Shown piece by piece: positions 31,195 to 39,601 of a stretch of 64,000 nucleotides of DNA. The number at the start of each line of letters is the position of its first letter. Position 1 is the stretch's first letter. The translations under genes were made by a program, and so were the position numbers. The notes below the pieces were generated by a model that saw only the letters and a program-made list of their open reading frames with translations, had not been told where the DNA came from and made no database searches. The DNA lies in contig JANRLX010000129.1 in NCBI GenBank assembly GCA_033762115.1, positions 16,638 to 80,637 of the forward strand, in the 5' to 3' direction. The DNA is from Verrucomicrobiota bacterium. Its GTDB lineage: Bacteria > Verrucomicrobiota > Verrucomicrobiia > Limisphaerales > SXQI01.

Positions 31195-33516
31195 ATGGGT
31201 AAGATCATCGATTCTGGTATCATCGCATTGACCCTGCTGGCCCCTGCGCTTGGAGGGTCCACTCAATTATGGGCTCAGGCGATCTTGCTCCTGGGAATGG
31301 GGGCAATCATCGTTGCAAGACCGCCACAACATCTTCCATCCAAAGGGATTACTATCACCGCAGTGGGGCTGTTGCTGCTTGGCGCAGCGGCCTTTTTGCC
31401 TGCAAGCCTGGCCTCCTGGCCCTGGCGTCATGAGCTTTCAACTCAATATGGACTCACGCTTTCCGGAACCATAACAGCGCAACCATGGATTACTTTAGAG
31501 GGTTATTTCCTGCTTCTGATTGGAATTATTTGGGCAATTTATCTTCAATCTCACCAGTTTGAACTTCGGCGGAAGGTGATTTTTATCAGTTATGCGGTTG
31601 GAATTGTAACTCTCGCACTTCTTGCCCTTGCAGTTTACCTGACTAAAACAGATTTCCCCCTTTGGAAACCTTTAAATGGGCCTTTCGGCTTTTTTCCAAA
31701 TCGGAATCATACAGCCAATGTGCTCGCGATTGGGGGGCTCATTTGTTTCAGCCTTGCGTATTGCAATTACACCAAAAAAAACAAAGTGGGTTGGTTATGG
31801 ATATGCGCTTACCTCATCATTGGCGTTGCGCTGGTCATTAATTACTCACGGGCGGGAATTCTGATTTTCTTTGGGGGAAGTGCGGTTTGGTTTGTCTGGG
31901 CCACCTGGGCTGAGGGGAGGAAGCAGGATTTGGCGATCGGTCTGTCGGTGCTGTTGTTATTAATGGCGGGATTTATTTTGTATGGAGGCAAAACTTCCAA
32001 AAGATTTGTTGGTCCTGCTGAAAGTGCTGCATCTCCCGAGCGAGGCATGGGTTTTCGCATTTTAATTCAAAAGGATGCCTTTGAGTTATACAAAAGCGCA
32101 GGATGGCACGGGATCGGATTGGGAAATTTCGAATCTGTTTTTGCGCGTTATCGGGATGCATCAGCAAATGGGTACCGGGCGGTGCATCCGGAAAGTGACT
32201 GGCTCCTGATCGGGACAGAGCTTGGCTGGCTGGCCCCTTTTCTGGTTTTTTTGGGAGTCGGATTTCTTTTCGTCAAAGACTGGCCTCGAGCAGGAGAGCC
32301 GAATTTTCTTTTACGCTCTTCGGCAGTGGTTGCAGTCCTTATGTTTATCGCCCACGGGTTTATTGATGTGCCCGGGCATCGGTTCGGGACATTAATGGGA
32401 GCATTGTTGCTGGCAGCGCTGATTGCACGAAAGGACAAGACGATGCAAAGAATTGTTCGGCTGCCGATTATCTTTCGATTCGGAATGGTACCACTTTGTG
32501 TTGTGGCCTTGTGGTGGCTCATCCCACAAGGAGCGAAATACAATATTGCGAACAGTCGAGACATTGCCCGAATCAAGCAGGAGATCATACGTTCGTATGG
32601 AGAAAAGCGGCATGCGCAGATTATCAAACTTGCAGATATAGGGTTACGTCATGCGCCTCTTGACTGGTGGTTTTATTTTAATCGAGGGATTGGGAAAGCC
32701 TGGGTGATGAGTGACCCTGAGGAAGCGGTCAGGGATTTCCACCTCGCATATTATTTGGAGCCACACTATCCCCGCCTCCCGTTGGAAGAGGGTCAACTAT
32801 GGGCCAGCAGGGAGCCTGAGTTGGCGATCAAGGCGTTCCAGCGGGCTCTTCTTTCTGCACCGGCAATTCAGAAAGAGGATATCATGAACACGATCATTCG
32901 GAAAATGGGATCGGACCTGAATCTTCAGATGAACTGGCTGAAGGAGAACGCGACCAATCCTGTTATTGTGCTTAAGGTCCTTGCTCAGTTGAGGGGTGAT
33001 CAGTTTCAGGAAGGAGTGTCGAGAATTATGACTCGGTCTGCCGATCTGGATCATTGGTCTAATGAGCAACTTGCCGAGTTTTTAAATTTATGGGAATCCA
33101 ATGGCAAAGCCGAGGAGTTGGAAAAATTTCTGGTCGATCACCCCAAATATCAAAAAATGGCATGGCGAGCCATGGCACGGCAAAAGGCCTCACAAAAAGA
33201 ATTTCAGGCGGCGTGTGAAATTGTCCTTTCTTCGGTTACGGCACCTGCGCTGCCAGTTGCCGATTCTTCACGAAGTGAGGATAAGCTTTTGCATGCAATG
33301 ATGTTCCAGAACGACTTTGTGGCGGGATATTCGTTTTTCCTGATCCAGATGAAAAACCAAAAAACGAATGAGGCGTTACGAGTTCTTGAACAGTTGACAA
33401 CTCGCCCAGGTTGTCCGAAATACCTGTTCTTTGTAGACGCTGAGTTAAAGAGCAAGATGGCAGACTGGGTAGGTGCGTGGAATTCATTACAAGAATTTCT
33501 CGCCAGCCGTTCCTGA
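31195..33516 (+). CDS. O-antigen ligase family protein with C-terminal helical/TPR-like region
   Basis: More than 10 TM segments, FPNRNH, SRAG, GIGLGNF, HPESDWL...ELG; soluble helical C-terminus of about 300 aa. Confidence 0.82.
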   Translation: MGKIIDSGIIALTLLAPALGGSTQLWAQAILLLGMGAIIVARPPQHLPSKGITITAVGLLLLGAAAFLPASLASWPWRHELSTQYGLTLSGTITAQPWITLEGYFLLLIGIIWAIYLQSHQFELRRKVIFISYAVGIVTLALLALAVYLTKTDFPLWKPLNGPFGFFPNRNHTANVLAIGGLICFSLAYCNYTKKNKVGWLWICAYLIIGVALVINYSRAGILIFFGGSAVWFVWATWAEGRKQDLAIGLSVLLLLMAGFILYGGKTSKRFVGPAESAASPERGMGFRILIQKDAFELYKSAGWHGIGLGNFESVFARYRDASANGYRAVHPESDWLLIGTELGWLAPFLVFLGVGFLFVKDWPRAGEPNFLLRSSAVVAVLMFIAHGFIDVPGHRFGTLMGALLLAALIARKDKTMQRIVRLPIIFRFGMVPLCVVALWWLIPQGAKYNIANSRDIARIKQEIIRSYGEKRHAQIIKLADIGLRHAPLDWWFYFNRGIGKAWVMSDPEEAVRDFHLAYYLEPHYPRLPLEEGQLWASREPELAIKAFQRALLSAPAIQKEDIMNTIIRKMGSDLNLQMNWLKENATNPVIVLKVLAQLRGDQFQEGVSRIMTRSADLDHWSNEQLAEFLNLWESNGKAEELEKFLVDHPKYQKMAWRAMARQKASQKEFQAACEIVLSSVTAPALPVADSSRSEDKLLHAMMFQNDFVAGYSFFLIQMKNQKTNEALRVLEQLTTRPGCPKYLFFVDAELKSKMADWVGAWNSLQEFLASRS

Positions 33517-33561
33517 GCTCGCTAAGATTTTTCCCGTTGATGCCGGATTTCCTAAGTAATT

Positions 33562-34119
33562 GTGGACAGCTTGATTACAAAAAGTGAAATGAGTGCTTCG
33601 GACGTGGGCTGGTATTGCATTCGTTGTCAGAATAAACATGAACATATTGCCGCAGCCAAACTAAGGGAACTGGGGGAAATTGAAGTTTTCAATCCCCGGG
33701 TCAAAGCGCGGAAAGTAACGCGGCGAGGGCCCGTTTGGTTTACGGAATCTCTTTTTCCCACCTACCTTTTTGCGAAGTTCGATTTAAATGGAAAGCTAGG
33801 GGCCATCCGTGTTTGTTCCGGTGTGATTGACGTTCTTAATTTTGGGGGACGTTATCCACAAATTCCTGAAAGCGTGATGTTTGAACTTCAGGAGACGATG
33901 GGAAATTCCGATGTTTACGTGCAGGTGGTCGAATTGGAGCCAGGAAGTGAAGTGGTCCTATCGCAGGGACCGTTTCAAGGGCTCTCCGCAGTGGTCAAAC
34001 AGGTGATGGCAGCTGGTCAGCGTGTGCGTATTTTGCTCGAATTTTTAGGTCGGCAAACAGAGTTTGAAGTTCGTTCTTCCGAGTTGGTTCCCGCATACGA
34101 ACATTTACTGAGCCACTGA
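33562..34119 (+). CDS. RfaH-like NusG paralog (transcription antiterminator); alternative start ATG 33589
   Basis: WY, LFPTYLF, GV....FG...P NGN domain; KOW GPFQGL...RV.ILLEFLG; directly precedes a long glycan operon. Confidence 0.9.
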   Translation: MDSLITKSEMSASDVGWYCIRCQNKHEHIAAAKLRELGEIEVFNPRVKARKVTRRGPVWFTESLFPTYLFAKFDLNGKLGAIRVCSGVIDVLNFGGRYPQIPESVMFELQETMGNSDVYVQVVELEPGSEVVLSQGPFQGLSAVVKQVMAAGQRVRILLEFLGRQTEFEVRSSELVPAYEHLLSH

Positions 34120-34186
34120 CTGAGCTCACGTCCTTAGCGGAGTGTTTCCAGATTATTGAGCTTCAAGAAGTGTGTACTGGCGAGGG

Positions 34187-34202
34187 CGGCATGCAGATTG
34201 CT
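34187..34202 (+). promoter_or_regulatory. Putative sigma54 (-24/-12) promoter
   Basis: CGGCATGCAGATTGCT matches YGGCAYG-N4-TTGCW with exact GG-N10-GC spacing. Confidence 0.65.
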
Positions 34203-34363
34203 TCGCTGAGAAAGCGAACCTTAAAAGAAGTAAGGCATGAGCAATCTTAACAAACGATGGTTTCGATGGATTGGTGATTTTGAAAAATCGACCAACTGCG
34301 GAGCTTTCTTGAAGTACGTTGCTTGACCACAGCACCACAATCCTCTACGACATTCACTGGCGC

Positions 34364-34376
34364 GGGGCGGTAGCTG
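34364..34376 (+). promoter_or_regulatory. ops/JUMPStart-like pause element
   Basis: GGGGCGGTAGCTG with exact GGCGGTAG core (34366-34373), 10 nt before ATG 34384 and downstream of the RfaH-like gene. Confidence 0.7.
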
Positions 34377-34383
34377 AGAACAT

Positions 34384-37300
34384 ATGACGAATTTTTATAT
34401 TTTCCGAGATATTCGAGGGTTATGGCATGCCCTGATGCTGGCCTTTTGTGTTTATCTTGGAAAAGCCCAAAGCCCCTCGCCTTTTTACCCCATTAATTTT
34501 ATTGATCCTTTTCCGCCCACACCTGCAACCATCCTGACCAATACTTTCGCACAGGATCCGGATTCAGTCTTTTTTGATAAAAGGCTCAACGATACTGTGC
34601 TGCTGGGTGGGATAAGTTTCCCGATGCCTGATTCCATTACAAATGGATTAAAGGCTATTTCTGTAGAGTTTTGGATGCAACGGCGGACGAATGAATTTGC
34701 GTTACCTGGTGGAAATTTAATTCGGGGCCCTGGGTTCCGGATTGTTGGTGGAGGAAACTTCGGCCAGTTCGGAGCGCTTTTCGGAATTTTTTATCAATTC
34801 ACCGATGATGGCAAATACATCGGTTTCCAACAACTGCCATACATTTTTGATCGGGCACCGGACAACCTGTGGCATTATTATGTTTTTACCTACGACACCC
34901 GGCAATTCGCTGTTTATATTGATGGGGAACTTCATGCAACGGGGTGGTCTGATAACACAACAGACAAAATCGGTCCGATGGAGGATGGCCCAAAAAATGA
35001 AGCCACAGAACTGACATCGGTGACTAACCTCACGATTTCAGGAAATTATACTGGAGCTGAAACCGAGTTCTTTCCATTTGCGCGAGTGGCCAACCTGCGC
35101 GCTTCAAGCGTGGCGTTGACTGCGAGGGAAGTCCGGCAAAATTTTGAAAAACGACGAGTCTATTCCAACGTGCTTTTCGCCTCCCCGACTGGAACGGGTA
35201 TCGGGACTTTGGAGTCCCCACTTTCGCTTGCCGCAGCCCTTGCGCAATCCGGTCCGCTCACTCGGATTACCCTGTTGCCGGGGACTTATCCATCGGACCA
35301 GTTCCGGGTAACTGCGGGTGGAAGAAGCCCTTTTGAACATTGTCTGATCACGGGGCCGGAAGGAATGGAACCTGCCGTGATCCAAGGTTCTTCCGCTGTG
35401 ATCGATGGAGCAGAGCATCTTCAGGTTCGCAATCTTACGTTTGTTGGAAATCAGGGACTAACTGTCACCAATGCATTCAAAGTGGAAATTGATTGTTGCC
35501 GATTTGCAGGGGTGTCTGATGGCATCACCATCAGAAACAGTGAACGGGTTGCGGTGCAGAACAGTATCTTTTCCATTTCAGAAAAAGGTGCGGTGCTGCT
35601 CAACTCGCCTGAATCCAGGTTGCTGAACAATACGTTTGTCGGAGGATCAGTTGCCGCCCAGTTTAACGAAGGTTCTCCCGGGGTGACTTTCCTGAACAAC
35701 CTGCTCTCCGGACAATCAGATGCATGTGTTGAAATGATGGGTGACAGCCTTCGGCGGTACCGTGGAGATGCGAATCTTTATCATCCAGCGACCGCAGCAG
35801 CGGCTTTGAAACTTCATGTCAGCGGCCGAATTGATACTTATTTTCCAATCGCTGTCACAAACAGGATATTGTCTGCAGTCTGGTATACGAATGACACGAT
35901 TGATGTTCCCGATCCCGGCAAGCAACGAACCGGATATGCTGCGGAATCCCGGAGCATGAGTTTTCCTCCTGTATTCAAGAATGCAGCCGCAGGCCTTTAC
36001 GAGATCAAGCCGGTTCACGGCACTTCCATTAATGAGGGGGTGACGCAGCCGTGGCAATCGGTGGTCACTGCGCCTCTCTATGATATTACGGGGCTGTTTC
36101 GTCCGGTGAATAAAACAATTGATGTGGGTGCCTACGAAACCACTCCGCTTTACTTTGCCGAATTAATCCTCGAGACAAACAAAACGGTAAGTGCAGGGGT
36201 GTTTCTGACAAATGGCACTTTAATCAGGACTTTGTTTTCCGGGACCAAACTCCCGCCAGGCAAACATCGAGCATGGTGGAACGGCCTGGATGATTTTCAA
36301 TCCATCGCACCGCCAGGAAGAGAGTACCAGATTCGTTTCCTCACTCACAACGTCGTTTACAAATGGGAAGGCGCTGTTGGCAATACCTCCACAAATCCCA
36401 ATTACGGCGCCAGCATTCATGCAAATTTCCTCCCCCTGCATTCCATGGTGATTATCGGGACCAATGCTTACTACAGTCCAGGATACAACGAGGGTCGGCC
36501 GCGGTTGCGGCATTTCACGACGGATAATCCAAGGCAGGTTAAAACAAACTTTGGTGGCAGTGAGGATCCATCAATTCCAGCCCTGCAGGATTTGGATAGC
36601 GACGGGGAGCGGATTTATTCCCTGAATGCAAGAAGTTGCTATATTTATGCAAACTCGAATCTGAATGTATTTCCTCCCACTACATTTGAAAACGGGCAAA
36701 CATTGATCACCGCAGGGGGATTCCCGACTGATCCGCTTCTGTCATATAACAACGGTCATGTTGCGGTTCAGCGATCCGGGAATGCGTTGATTGTCAGCCG
36801 CTTGAATCTGGATGAGGTTTCGTTTTATCATAAACGTTCCGGCGCTTCGAATTTTAGCCTGACAATTCCTGCTCCAGGGGACATGGCAGTCGATTCAACT
36901 GACGGGGTATGGATCATCAGTGGCAAATCTGAATTACGATATTATACCAATTTGAACGAAGCTCCGACCCTTGCCAAAACCATTCCTGCAGGCGCTGATT
37001 TTACGAATGTCCTTGCGATCGCGGTTTCTCCGATTGATGACTCAATCGTCATTGCCGATGGCTCCACGCACCAGTTGCGTTCTTTTTCCAAGGATGGTGA
37101 GACGCTCTGGACCTATGGGCAACCAGGCGGGTATGCCAATGGGCCACGGGTGACTTACGATAAATTTGGATTTTATTTCACTGACGGGTATTTCTCTGCG
37201 CGCGCTTACATTGCCTTTCAGCCAGATGGAAGTTTTTGGGTGGGGGACACAGTGACAAGCCGAAATATTTTGTTCGATACGAATCGTAATTATGTGACTC

Positions 37301-38769
37301 ATTTCGAGTATATCCCCCATTTCTATCGGGCTACCGTCGATCTAAATGATCCCACCCGGCTCTTCGCGGAATACACCGAATACGCCATCGATTATTCCAA
37401 GCCGTTGGATGAGGGTTGGAAAATGACAAATTTCTGGGGGTTTGGTCTGCCCCAGGATGCTTACGATTACCCGGTATCCGAGGGTTTCAATCAGGTGCTG
37501 ACAATGACAAACGGTCGCACTTACGGATTGACAGTGGCTTTTCCCGGTTTTCATTTGCGTGTAGTCGAGCTTGAAGAGCAACGATTGCGATACACCACTT
37601 ATTCCAATCTGCATGGTCAGGAAACCCAGATGGAACCGGATGGTTCCTTGAATGTGGCGCGCTTTCCAATCGAGTGGTTCGACAAGCAGAGGGTTTTCGA
37701 AAGCATCATGACCTTTACGAAACGACCGCTGGTTGGTTTTTCGACAAACAATGATCCGCTGTGGGGTGACGCCGTGACTTTGGGATCCGCCCCAGTGAAT
37801 CGTTTTTGGCAGAGGAGTTCTCCTTTCGGAAGACTTCCTCGCACAACATCCTCCGGCAAGGTGGTGAATTTTAATTCATTTCGTGAGAACGGATGGCATT
37901 TGGGTGCTATTCAGCAAGGTGAAACCAATTGGTTATGGTTGGTTTCACATTCATTGGGAGGGCTGGATGGTCTGGGCACTTTTGAAACATGGGCAGAATA
38001 TGGAGGAAGCGCCATGATGACCAGCGGACGGCAAATTTATTACGGGTATTTCGGTGAATTTTACAAAGGTTTGGCGCAAGCGAACCAGTATATGCATTTT
38101 TATGATAACGGTCTTTTCGTGGGGCAGTTTGGCACTCCCAATACTTACAACACGGTGATTAACGCGCCTGGTGCTGCGGGTAACATCCTCAGCCCTGTGC
38201 TCGTGGAACTTGGTGACAAGGCTTACATTTATAATAATGATGAAAGCAGCCGTGGTATCAATCGATGGATCTCCTTGAATTTGGATTCGATTCAGGAGCA
38301 CATCGTTCCAATCCAGAAAACTAACGTCACATTGCTGGCTCCAGAAGTGGAAAGTGTTTCCCTGGGAACCGTAACTGAAAGCACCGTCACATTTAATCCA
38401 CGCGCAGGTTACGCCTATGTGGTCGAGTATAATGACCAATCTCCTGAGAGCACCGAATGGGTGCGGCTTCCTCCTGCGAATGTCTTGGGATTATTGGTGG
38501 ATTTGCACACAACGCCGGAGCGCTTTTACAGGGTGCGTGAGATATCCATCTCTGACCTGGAAGTTGGTTTTGGTACGGTTGCGGCCACAAAATCTTTCCT
38601 GATTAATGTCGCTGATACCAATGATTTTACCTATTCAGTGGAATTTTCTGAATCGTTGGAAGCAGATTCATGGGCCACACTACCGGGATATGAGGACATT
38701 CAAGGAACCACAGAGCTTACTAATAATATCTCACCAAGGTATTTCCGGATCAAGGCAACCGTAAAGTAG
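34384..38769 (+). CDS. Large secreted multidomain protein (LamG-like, right-handed beta-helix, FlgD-Ig-like, beta-propeller, two C-terminal repeats)
   Basis: Signal peptide ending GKA-Q; SVEFW..WHYYVFTYD..YIDG; ASPTG.G.GT..SP..LLPGTY; DVGAYE; SAGVF..G.LIRTL..WNGLDD; NHL-like repeats. Confidence 0.75.
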   Translation: MTNFYIFRDIRGLWHALMLAFCVYLGKAQSPSPFYPINFIDPFPPTPATILTNTFAQDPDSVFFDKRLNDTVLLGGISFPMPDSITNGLKAISVEFWMQRRTNEFALPGGNLIRGPGFRIVGGGNFGQFGALFGIFYQFTDDGKYIGFQQLPYIFDRAPDNLWHYYVFTYDTRQFAVYIDGELHATGWSDNTTDKIGPMEDGPKNEATELTSVTNLTISGNYTGAETEFFPFARVANLRASSVALTAREVRQNFEKRRVYSNVLFASPTGTGIGTLESPLSLAAALAQSGPLTRITLLPGTYPSDQFRVTAGGRSPFEHCLITGPEGMEPAVIQGSSAVIDGAEHLQVRNLTFVGNQGLTVTNAFKVEIDCCRFAGVSDGITIRNSERVAVQNSIFSISEKGAVLLNSPESRLLNNTFVGGSVAAQFNEGSPGVTFLNNLLSGQSDACVEMMGDSLRRYRGDANLYHPATAAAALKLHVSGRIDTYFPIAVTNRILSAVWYTNDTIDVPDPGKQRTGYAAESRSMSFPPVFKNAAAGLYEIKPVHGTSINEGVTQPWQSVVTAPLYDITGLFRPVNKTIDVGAYETTPLYFAELILETNKTVSAGVFLTNGTLIRTLFSGTKLPPGKHRAWWNGLDDFQSIAPPGREYQIRFLTHNVVYKWEGAVGNTSTNPNYGASIHANFLPLHSMVIIGTNAYYSPGYNEGRPRLRHFTTDNPRQVKTNFGGSEDPSIPALQDLDSDGERIYSLNARSCYIYANSNLNVFPPTTFENGQTLITAGGFPTDPLLSYNNGHVAVQRSGNALIVSRLNLDEVSFYHKRSGASNFSLTIPAPGDMAVDSTDGVWIISGKSELRYYTNLNEAPTLAKTIPAGADFTNVLAIAVSPIDDSIVIADGSTHQLRSFSKDGETLWTYGQPGGYANGPRVTYDKFGFYFTDGYFSARAYIAFQPDGSFWVGDTVTSRNILFDTNRNYVTHFEYIPHFYRATVDLNDPTRLFAEYTEYAIDYSKPLDEGWKMTNFWGFGLPQDAYDYPVSEGFNQVLTMTNGRTYGLTVAFPGFHLRVVELEEQRLRYTTYSNLHGQETQMEPDGSLNVARFPIEWFDKQRVFESIMTFTKRPLVGFSTNNDPLWGDAVTLGSAPVNRFWQRSSPFGRLPRTTSSGKVVNFNSFRENGWHLGAIQQGETNWLWLVSHSLGGLDGLGTFETWAEYGGSAMMTSGRQIYYGYFGEFYKGLAQANQYMHFYDNGLFVGQFGTPNTYNTVINAPGAAGNILSPVLVELGDKAYIYNNDESSRGINRWISLNLDSIQEHIVPIQKTNVTLLAPEVESVSLGTVTESTVTFNPRAGYAYVVEYNDQSPESTEWVRLPPANVLGLLVDLHTTPERFYRVREISISDLEVGFGTVAATKSFLINVADTNDFTYSVEFSESLEADSWATLPGYEDIQGTTELTNNISPRYFRIKATVK

Positions 38770-38785
38770 CCTTCTTTTTGTTTTC

Positions 38786-39601
38786 ATGGAACTCATAATT
38801 GAGCGAGGGCGGACCGAACGGCAATATTGGCGTGACCTTTGGCGATTCCGGGAATTGCTTTATTTTCTCGCATGGCGGGACATCCTGGTCAGGTATAAGC
38901 AAACTGCGATCGGCATTGCCTGGTCACTTCTGCGACCGCTGGTGACAATGCTGGTGTTTACGTTTGTTTTTGGAAGGCTGGCGAAACTTCCTTCAGATGG
39001 CGTGCCGTACCCGCTTCTGGTGTTTTCAGGTTTGTTGCCCTGGAGTTTTTTTTCGACGGCAATTTCCGAATCAGGAAACAGCCTGGTCACGAATTCGAAC
39101 CTGATTTCGAAAATTTATTTTCCCAGGATGGTGGTTCCCATCTCAAGTATTGTGACCTGCTTTGTGGATTTTTTGATCGCAGGGGCATTGCTGGTTGGAG
39201 TCATGATTTATTATCAACATCCAGCGTCCTGGCGATTGCTGGCATTGCCCGGGTTATTATTCCTCTGTTTTCTTGCTGGAATTGGGGCAGGGCTTTGGCT
39301 ATCGGCATTGACTGTGAAGTACCGTGATTTTCGCTTTATCATCCCATTTATTGTGCAATTCGGGCTATACATCAGCCCTGTCGGTTTTTCGAGCACTCGA
39401 ATTCCTGATGATTGGCGAATGGTCTATGCCCTGAACCCGATCGTGGGAGTGATTGATGGATTTCGTTGGGCAATTGTGGGAGGAAATAACCTGATTCACC
39501 TTCCATCCTTTTTGGTTTCATTCATGGTTATTATTGTCCTGGTGGTTACCGGGGCGATGTACTTTCGTCACACCGAAAAAAGCTTTGCTGATATTATTTA
39601 A
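38786..39601 (+). CDS. wzm: Polysaccharide ABC transporter permease
   Basis: RYKQT.IG.AW, NLISKIYFP, KYRD, LNP. Confidence 0.93.
   Translation: MELIIERGRTERQYWRDLWRFRELLYFLAWRDILVRYKQTAIGIAWSLLRPLVTMLVFTFVFGRLAKLPSDGVPYPLLVFSGLLPWSFFSTAISESGNSLVTNSNLISKIYFPRMVVPISSIVTCFVDFLIAGALLVGVMIYYQHPASWRLLALPGLLFLCFLAGIGAGLWLSALTVKYRDFRFIIPFIVQFGLYISPVGFSSTRIPDDWRMVYALNPIVGVIDGFRWAIVGGNNLIHLPSFLVSFMVIIVLVVTGAMYFRHTEKSFADII

Noticed and set aside
33513..34140. TGAGCTC after both stop codons and a CGCTAAG/CTTAGCG inverted pair flanking the RfaH-like gene
   Set aside because: Only 7-bp matches, expected by chance; no recombinase or transposase nearby.
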